A stretch of 64,000 nt of DNA from Octopus vulgaris (lineage: Eukaryota). Under the pieces are notes generated by a model. It did no database searches, had not been told where the DNA came from, and saw only the letters and a list, made by a program, of their open reading frames with translations. Positions 52,155 through 64,000 of this stretch are shown piece by piece (position 1 is the stretch's first letter; each line of letters opens with the position of its first letter). The translations under genes were made by a program, and so were the position numbers. Location of the stretch: assembly GCA_951406725.2 (NCBI GenBank), contig OX597830.1, positions 40,548,001 through 40,612,000 of the forward strand, written 5' to 3'.

Positions 52155-52640
52155 TATGTAAGTGCATACTTAAATCTCTAATTAGGTTTGAATATGAATA
52201 TGTAAATATATATCTGTATATGCATGTATGTAAAAATATATATATATATAGACATACACACAAACACACACACTCTTTTACTCTTTTACTTGTTTCAGTC
52301 ATTTGACTGCGGCTATGCTGGAGCACCTCCTTTAGTCGAGCAAATCGACCCCGGGACTTATTCTTTGTAAGCCCAGTACTTATTCTATCGGTCTCTTTTG
52401 CCGAACCGCTAAGTGACGGGGACGTAAACACACCAGCATCGGTTGTCAAGCAATGCTAGGGGGACAAACACAGACACACAAACACACACATACATATACA
52501 TATATACGACAGGCTTCTTTCAGTTTCCGTCTACCAAATCCACTCACAAGGCATTGGTCGGCCCGGGGCTATAGCAGAAGACACTTGCCCAAGATGCCAC
52601 GCAGGGGACTGAACCCGGAACCATGTGGTTGGTTAGCAAG

Positions 52641-52683
<43 letters not shown>

Positions 52684-53518
52684 GAGCATGCACGCACATC
52701 CATGTGCACACACATTGATAGATATATCTAGAACTAAATAACAATAGCAAAGATCAAATAAGAGAGCCTGTATGTGGTTACCAAATGTGGCCCACTTGGC
52801 ACCATGCACTCATCACACATGTTGCAAGACAGCCACTTCTGATTGGGAAGTCCTCTATGAAGACCTGCAAGAAATAGCAGAGAAATCTTCTACAAATTAC
52901 ATCGTGCATCTTAAAATATGAAGGACACCTTCAATAATGTAGTGCTTAATATTCTGCCTGAATGAAAAGTCAAAGAGGTCAGATGTGAAGCAACTCTGAT
53001 CAAAGGTCTGCTTGATCATGAATGTCTTGGAGCTAATCAAAAACACCATCAATGCCAACCCCTGACAAAGCTATACATGGTCACTTGACCTACAAAAAAT
53101 AGCATCAAAAGTCTCCCTCAAATTGTTGCCTGATTTTAGAAGGAGACAAATAACTAGATAGATTTGCATCTATACCTATTATCGGATTTTATTAGGGTCC
53201 CAAATGGTAAAGATGTGGATGAGAAAAATGTGGGTAGAGGGTGATGGGCTACCAACCCTCTCCCCTTACTGTTTTACAAAATAAACAACAACACAAATAA
53301 CTACACAGAGGCAGCCATGGATGAAACAAGAACAAAAACAACAAGCATTATTAAAATAGAAAAGAAACATGGTCATTCCTTACCCAAATGACATTACCTT
53401 ATCGCCCATCACTTGTTATGCGCTCATAAATTAGTTTGATAGTTGAGCTCTGATTGGCTGTTGTATGCAAATGAGTTCATAACTGGGGTCCAGAACTCTC
53501 GTGGGAAAAAAAAAAATT
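50376..53518. mobile_element. Unclassified unit with ~70-bp terminal inverted repeats and ~220-bp internal direct repeats
   Basis: Inverted repeat 50376-50446/53445-53518; direct repeat 50535-50757/53134-53357. Confidence 0.6.
52272..52642 (-). mobile_element. Young SINE A
   Basis: CpG-rich reverse-complement copy, close to 63662-64000. Confidence 0.9.
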
Positions 53519-53559
53519 CACCACCTGGATGGGACCCAGTCTGTTGCAGGATTACACAT

Positions 53560-54026
53560 TTTTGCCAGCTGAGTGGACTGGAGCAAAGTGAAATGAAGTG
53601 TCTTGCTTAAGAACACAATGCATTGTCCAGGAGGGTGGAGTGAAAATAAAAGATTGTAGAAATTGAAAATGCCTGAGGGTTAAAATGTTGCTATATTTAA
53701 TTACTAGAAAAATGCAAAATTTTTGCTTAGATCAGTCAAGGGCAGTTACTCCCTCGAATCCCCAAAACTCCACTATTGTAAAAAAATTTACAAAAATCCC
53801 CCATTTTCGGAGTTTAGGGGGCTTGAGGGAGTAAATGCCCTTGAGTGATCTCAGCAAAAATTTAGCATTTTTCTAGTAGTCAAATATAGCAAAATTTTAA
53901 CCCTCAGGCATTTTCAATTTCCACAATCTTTTATTTTCACTCCACCCTATTACCCAGTCCTGGAATTGAAACCACAAACTTACAATCATGAACTCAACAC
54001 CCTAACCACTAAGCTACACGCCTCCA
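53560..54026 (-). mobile_element. Old CORE-like SINE split by a MITE
   Basis: cagctgagtggactggagcaa..tcttgcttaagaacacaatg resumes after 53948 as cccagtcctggaattgaaacc..taaccactaagc. Confidence 0.7.
53632..53948. mobile_element. Foldback/MULE-like MITE with ~140-bp TIRs
   Basis: Arms 53632-53770 and about 53809-53948; degenerate 9-bp TSD attgtccag/attacccag. Confidence 0.75.
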
Positions 54027-54910
54027 TGTTCAAAGATCTGCATGACCATGAATGACCTTGGGCTAAACAACTGCACCCATCAATGCCAACAAATGAAGAA
54101 GTTATATGTGGCCACTTGCCCTGCAAGAAATAGCAGCAGAGATCTTCCTTAACTCACACTCTACCATTTTGTAAAAAAGGAAGGACTCATTGACAGCATT
54201 ATACCTGAAACACCTCTGATCTTATCATGAATGACCTGAAGATAAATAACAATAACAACAACAACACCTACTACTACTAATACTACTACTGCTACCACTC
54301 TCATATGATCCCCCTTCCCTCTTTAATTAATGCTACTTACTACCACAGAAATGCTAGCAAACTATTTCCAATGATTTTGCAGCAAAACTAAATATTCTTT
54401 GTTTCCTTCGTTGGTTAAGTTGCCATAAATTTTTAAATAAATCTAAAATTAACAAATTTCAGAAACTAGAGCAACACAAACAGTTCAAGAAAAAGAATCT
54501 CTCTAAGGATTTTCTGCAGTTTCCTTCCAACAAACAAACGAAAACCAAAAGCAAAAAGAGAAAAGAAAAAAATTATTTTAATTAATCAAACATTGAAATA
54601 ACAACAATATTGGAATATCGGACGTCTTTTTAAAATATTTTTTATTTATTTTGCATTAATTTGTATATGAATTTTTTATTAAACAGAAATAGTAACAAAT
54701 TTTCTTTTAAATTATTATTTTGTTTTTGTATTTTCTTTAATTTTCTTTTGTATTTTCGCTACTTTTAATCTTACAGCATGTAAATAATTGCATATATATT
54801 CTTCAAGTAATCAGGAATTTACGTAAACGGGGAAAAACAAAAAGCACCCAATTAATGTATATGCAGGCATGGATGTACGCATGAATATAAATATATATAT
54901 AAATGCATGT

Positions 54911-54971
<61 letters not shown>

Positions 54972-55131
54972 TATATGTGTGTGCATGTGTATCATCTATA
55001 AATATATATGAATGTGCATATATTGGCACATATATTTATGTATATATACACATGTGTATATATAACTGGATATACATAAGATACATGTATATAATAGATA
55101 TAATATTTATATTTATAATATTCATATGCAG

Positions 55132-55169
<38 letters not shown>

Positions 55170-55261
55170 CACACACCCACACACACATTCACATATATAT
55201 ATATACATCGTCATCATCATCATCGATTAATGTCCGCTTTCCATGTTAGATGATGATGCTG

Positions 55262-55302
<41 letters not shown>

Positions 55303-55352
55303 CATATGTGTATATATTTATACATATGTGTATATATATATATATGTATATA

Positions 55353-55416
<64 letters not shown>

Positions 55417-56020
55417 CATACATATATATACATATATATATAAATATATACCACACCTATACATACAAATATATACATGCATGTGTACACACATATATGT
55501 GTGCGTATGTGTCTGTATGTATACACACACCTATATAGACATGCACAACATAAAGTGACAATCAGAAAGATTAATGCAAACATGAGTTCATGTGGAGATG
55601 AGAGAAACAAACTACAATAAAAAAATCAACACAGGAAAAAAAAAACGCACAAACAAAAACAGAAAAAAACAACAACTCATAATTGACTAAAATACAATAA
55701 AAAAAAACAAGAAAAATATAATAGGAAAATTACAAAAATCCAAAGAAATTCAAACACGCATGTAAAAATACACGCATACATATAGATATACCGAACCAAT
55801 ATAAGAAAATGTTGAGCTTCCTGTATTTTGCTGTTGTTGTTGTTTTTCCATGAGGGAAGCCTGCACATCATTTGAAATATCAATAAGTACTGTGTACTTA
55901 TTTATCAGTGGCAGTGATAAATGCAGCAGCATTGATTTATTGGAAGAGAAACACAATCTTAAAATTCCAATGGGATCCACATGATGGCAATCATATATAA
56001 TATATATATATATATCCATA

Positions 56021-56058
<38 letters not shown>

Positions 56059-56139
56059 CATATATATATATATATCCACGCACATACACACACACAAACA
56101 CACATATATATATCTATGTGTGTATGCGTGTGTGTGTGG

Positions 56140-56170
<31 letters not shown>

Positions 56171-56186
56171 ATGCATGCGTGTGTGT

Positions 56187-56222
<36 letters not shown>

Positions 56223-56259
56223 ACATACTTATTGCAGTTAAATAATCATTCTCATTGCT

Positions 56260-59035
<2,776 letters not shown>

Positions 59036-59075
59036 GATATTATATATATATACATACATACACACATATATATGT

Positions 59076-59106
<31 letters not shown>

Positions 59107-59329
59107 AACACATACATCATCATCATCGTTTAACGTCCGCTTTCCATGCTAGCATGGGTATATATATATATATATATATATACATATATATAATGGGTTT
59201 CTTTCAGATGCTGTCCACCAAATCCACTCACATGGCTTTTGTTGGTCCGAGGCTATACACACTTGCCCAATCTACCATGCAGTGGGACAGAACCCAGAAC
59301 TATGTGCTTGGTAATCAATCTACTTACCA

Positions 59330-59628
59330 CAATGTCACATAAAAGCACCTATGCAGTGCCATGGAGAAGTGCCCATGTGGTGCCATGTAAAAATGTCCAT
59401 GCAGCACCATGTAAAAGCACCCAGCACACTGTGTAAAGTGGTTGGCATTAGGAAGGGCATCCAGCCTTAGAGACCATGCCAAATCAGACTGGAGTTTGGT
59501 GCAGTTTCCCACCTTGCCAGCTCTGGTCAAACCATCCAACTGATGCCAGTATGGACAATGGATATTAAATGATGATGATGACGACGACGACGATGATGAT
59601 GATGGTGATGATGATGACGATGATGATA
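59330..59628 (+). mobile_element. RTE-type 3' UTR fragment
   Basis: catgtaaaagcacccagcacact..ggaagggcatccagcc..(gat)n. Confidence 0.75.
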
Positions 59629-59997
59629 TTCTTTTATCATTTGTTTCAATCATTTGACTGTGACCATGCTGGAGCACTGCTTTGAAGGAAATTAATCAAA
59701 CAAATCAACTCAGAACTTATTCTTTTTTTTAACATACTTATCTATTGGTGTCTTCTGTCAGACTGTTAAGTTATGGAGACATAAACACAACAAAACCAGT
59801 TGTCAAGTGGTGATGGGGAAGGGTAAAACAGATAAAACAACATACACACACAGATATACACATATACATATATGGATGTGTGTGTGTGTGTGTGTGTGTA
59901 TAATAATAAAGGGTAAAAACCATTAATGATTTTTACCAGGTGGTCAGCACAGAAATAATACCTCATAGGTAAATTTTATAAATATTTTACAATTAAG

Positions 59998-60374
59998 TAC
60001 ATAATTATAACAAGGGCTTGGCTAGTGCTTCACCACACACTGAAAAATAGACGCTTAAGAGAAGGATAGGAATTCTACTTCGCAGCATATCTCTGCGAGT
60101 CTCAATGACACAGCTCGCTTACATATCCATGGTCACTCGTATATTTATGCCCGGAATACCGATGCTGATGAAGGTAATAGGCAATGTTTTTATTACTTTA
60201 AGCCCGAAACATGATCATGTACGTGGTTAACCAAAGTTTTAATTCATTTTCTTTCTTTTGCTAGCCTATTATGTAGTGTGTTATTCTCAGAGAATTTATG
60301 GTGGTAATAGTGTATTTTGGTATCTATTTTTCAGTGCGTGGTGAGGCACTAGCCAAGCCCTTGTTATAATTATG

Positions 60375-60376
<2 letters not shown>
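59998..60376 (+). mobile_element. 379-bp element with 54-bp terminal inverted repeats, PLE-like
   Basis: 59998-60051 and 60323-60376 are reverse complements with 2 mismatches; internal hammerhead motif. Confidence 0.75.
60158..60227 (+). ncRNA. Candidate type I hammerhead ribozyme
   Basis: accgatg-CTGATGA(60165-60171)..GAAA(60206-60209)-palindrome acatgatcatgt-GTA site(60219-60221)-cgtggt. Confidence 0.6.
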
Positions 60377-60434
<58 letters not shown>

Positions 60435-60437
<3 letters not shown>

Positions 60438-60632
60438 GGGAAGCTTTATGAAAATAGACAAAAGACAAAGGCAGGTTTACGGAAATAAACAAAAGACGAA
60501 GGCAGGTGGAATACAAACAAACAATTGTATTAGTATGGCGCTCAGGAAATATAAATAAAACAAGTCTTTAACGTTTCGAGCCTACGCTCTTAAACAGAAA
60601 GATACACAGAGAAGAAACACAGAAAGAAGGAG
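60435..60632 (-). mobile_element. PLE-like repeat with a degenerate minimal hammerhead motif
   Basis: Minus strand tcttt-CTGTTTA-A-gagc gtag gctc-GAAA-cg-TT-aaaga (60602-60565); relatives at about 10.95-11.15 kb and 23.0-23.13 kb. Confidence 0.55.
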
Positions 60633-60654
60633 ATATATATATATATATATATAC

Positions 60655-60810
60655 TACGGGCTTCTTTCAGTTTCCTTCTACCAAATCCACTCACAAAGCT
60701 TTGGTCAGCCCAAGGCTATAGTAGAAGACACTTGCCCACAGTGACAGGTAGTCAGACTGAACCCAGAACCATGTGGTTAGGAAGCAAGGCTCCTTATCAC
60801 ACAGCCACAC
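60655..60810 (-). mobile_element. SINE A 5' half
   Basis: Reverse complement of the head. Confidence 0.8.
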
Positions 60811-60845
60811 CATATATACAAAAGTATATAGACAGATATAAATAA

Positions 60846-60908
<63 letters not shown>

Positions 60909-61054
60909 CACACACATACATGCATGTAGACATATATATTTACATATGCACGTATGTATATGGACATAAGTATACAGATACACCCATATATACATATATG
61001 AATGTGCACATGTATGTGTGTATGTTTATATGTACATGTAATACACATATATTT

Positions 61055-61088
<34 letters not shown>

Positions 61089-61509
61089 CTGGTGGAGGTG
61101 TGTTCATGTAATATTGAAGATAAGGAGTGGGGGGTAATAATGTTTTATTTGTTATAAATTTATCAATTGCAACAATGTCGAATGAAACTTAGTAAATATT
61201 ATTGATTGGAGTAGGATGGTGCATCAGAGAGATAATGGAAATGATATGGGTACGAGGGAGTGGGCGGGGGTAGGAAGTGAGGAGGGGGGTGATGATGGGG
61301 CAGGAAGGGGGAGAAAGAATCATGGGGAGAGAGTGTTGGGGAGACAGGGAGGGGATGAAAGGGTGAGAGAGGTGAGGAGAGGAAGGAGTAGGTGAAAGGA
61401 GAAGAAGCATGTCTTAGGCATATGGGAGAGAGAAAGTCTAGAAGAAAAAGAGAAGAGAGAGAGAGCTAGAAAAGAATGTGAGATAAGGAAAAGTATAATA
61501 TCTATCCAT

Positions 61510-61569
<60 letters not shown>

Positions 61570-61798
61570 GTACCTATCTAGATATACATCATCATCACCA
61601 ACACCATCATCATTAAATGTCTGTTTTCCATGCTGGCATGGGTTGAACAGTTTGGCTGGGGTTGGTGATTCTAGTCATCTGTTTTGGCTTGGTTTCTATA
61701 GCTAAATGCCCTTCCTAATGCCAACCACATTACAGAGTGTACTGGTTGCTTTTCCTGTGATACCAGCACAGGTGCCTTTTACATGGCACCAGTATGGT

Positions 61799-61861
<63 letters not shown>

Positions 61862-61911
61862 GAAAGGGTGCTGAAAAGTTCCTGGCTTTGGGTAGAAGAA
61901 AATACAAGGAG

Positions 61912-62471
61912 ATGCTTGAGTTTGTTCAAAAGCTTAGCAGCACAGTCTTTCCTCTTGTCCTTGGTGGCTTGGGATAAAAATTGGCCCTTTATCATCTTGT
62001 ATCAGGTATACCGAATATCTTCATGTACTACCTGCCTGATAAGAAACTCAGACACTCCCATGTCCCTAGCGATGGACCTGATTGACTTGGAGGGATTATT
62101 GTCAATCATGGCTTGGATTTCAGGAGTTCTTTTCTTATCAGAATGATTAGAGAGAGTTTTCCAAGCTGCCGTACCTTCGTAATCACCATCAAACTCATCT
62201 AGCTCTTTCCGAATCTTCTGCACTGTCCTCAGATTCACACCCAATCACTTTAAAATGTTCGTATTGAAGTTTTCGGCATGAATACCAAGCAGTACAGCAT
62301 GTTGTTTCCAAATTTCTAGCAGAGTGAATTGCGTCATGGTGCTGTTTTTCTTGCAAACGGTGCCCAACTGACCCTACTATACTGTGTAATCAATAAAATC
62401 AAAAACAAACAAAGTGCATGCATGAAATATAAATATAAATATAAAATGGCAACAATTTACTCATCACACCT

Positions 62472-62478
<7 letters not shown>
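61912..62478 (-). pseudogene. Tc1/mariner-superfamily (maT/DD37D-like) transposase N-terminal fragment and left end
   Basis: ATG at 62337; LGVNLRTVQKIRK and PSKSIRSIARDMGVSEFLIRQVVHEDIRY are two HTH-like motifs; in-frame stops; catalytic domain absent. Confidence 0.8.
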
Positions 62479-62517
<39 letters not shown>

Positions 62518-62576
62518 ATATGTTATATATTGGATATATGTTATCCCATGGTGGGTTGAATTTTCAACCCCTATCT

Positions 62577-62621
<45 letters not shown>

Positions 62622-62681
62622 AGCACATATACATAGGCATATATACATACATATATATATAAATATATATAAACACATACA

Positions 62682-62751
<70 letters not shown>

Positions 62752-63630
62752 CACACATACATACAGGCATACACATATATACTTGTATATTCATATGATC
62801 TATTTTGCTTCTCCTTCCCTACTTAAAGACGCATTCATACACACACATACACACACACACCATATATGTTTTTATATTTTTCTTTTTTTTTACTTGTTTC
62901 TTTTTATGTCTTACAGACAAACACATAATCAACCTAGAAAACATCTAATAAAGAATCTGCTGCATGTGCACGTAGGTTATTCTAGTTTCCACCACCCACC
63001 CACCCACCTATCCACGCAATCACATATATGTAATCAGAGAGATCTGTAAGGTGGGGGAGGCGGAGGAGAAGGAAGAGGAGGAAGAGTAAAACCATGATAA
63101 GAAGGCATCCAGTTTTTTTATTTACATATTTTGTTTTTCATCATCATCATCATCATCATCACCACCACCACCACCACCATCAATCATCATCATCATCATC
63201 ATCATCATCATTATTATGAGTACTACTACTACTACTACTACTAATTTTGCTGCTGCTGCTGCTGCTAATACCACTACAATCACTACTACTACTATTGCTA
63301 AATGGCAAAGACGTTCCCTGTAAATCTAATTGGCAGAATTATGTCTTTAATTCTTTAATTCCAGGCAGAGAAGGAAGAACTCTTCTTCAAGCTTTCCATT
63401 TTAGACAAAACAAATCTGTTGCTTGTATTCAGTTCTCAATTTTCAAAAATATAAAAAGAAAATAAACAAAAAAAAAACGAAACATATACAAAAAAAGTAA
63501 TAAAAGAATGTGTGAGTGTGTATGTAAGTATGTATTTTTATATATATGCATACGTACACACATATGTGGACATGTATTATACCTGCATAGATACACATAA
63601 AGACATGCATATATATATGTATATGTGTAA

Positions 63631-63661
<31 letters not shown>

Positions 63662-63662
<1 letters not shown>

Positions 63663-64000
63663 CTCTTTTACTTGTTTCAGTCATTTGACTGCGGCCATGC
63701 TGGAGCAACTCGACCCCAGGACTTATTCTTTTGTAAGCCCAGTGCTTATTCTATCAGTCTCTTTTGCCGAACCGCTAAAAAAACAGGGACATAAACACAC
63801 CAGCATCGGCTGTCAAGCAATGCTAGGGGGGACAAACACAGACACACAAACACACACACGCATATATATATATATATATACATATATACGACGGGCTTCT
63901 TTCAGTTTCCGTCTACCGAATCCACTCACAAGGCTTTGGTCGGCCCGAGGCTATAGTCGAAGATACTTGCCCAAGGTGCCACACAGTGGGACTGAACCCG
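63662..64000 (-). mobile_element. Young SINE A running off the window edge
   Basis: CpG-rich reverse-complement copy. Confidence 0.9.

Overview
AT-rich eukaryotic DNA saturated with microsatellites and interspersed repeats. The repeat families look like those of a coleoid cephalopod, probably Octopus (recognised from memory, not by search). No host protein-coding gene, rRNA, functional tRNA or CRISPR array is supportable, and nearly all listed ORFs are microsatellite artefacts. Real coding remnants are all mobile-element-like: a 5'-truncated RTE-clade LINE with a PHD-like finger (19691-21860), CR1-group LINE 3' ends, two Tc1/mariner fragments and a decayed triple C2H2 segment. There are dozens of tRNA-derived SINEs, several MITEs and an intact non-autonomous Helitron. 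The most notable signals are: (1) several unrelated inverted-repeat elements carrying type I hammerhead-ribozyme-like cores, often with an enlarged stem II and an extra A after CUGANGA; (2) SINEs with one shared head but tails from two different LINEs present in the window; (3) a 3.1 kb unit bounded by inverted repeats carrying octamer/CCAAT motifs; (4) a probable assembly artefact at about 56.3-59.0 kb. Repeat boundaries were read by eye and are approximate.
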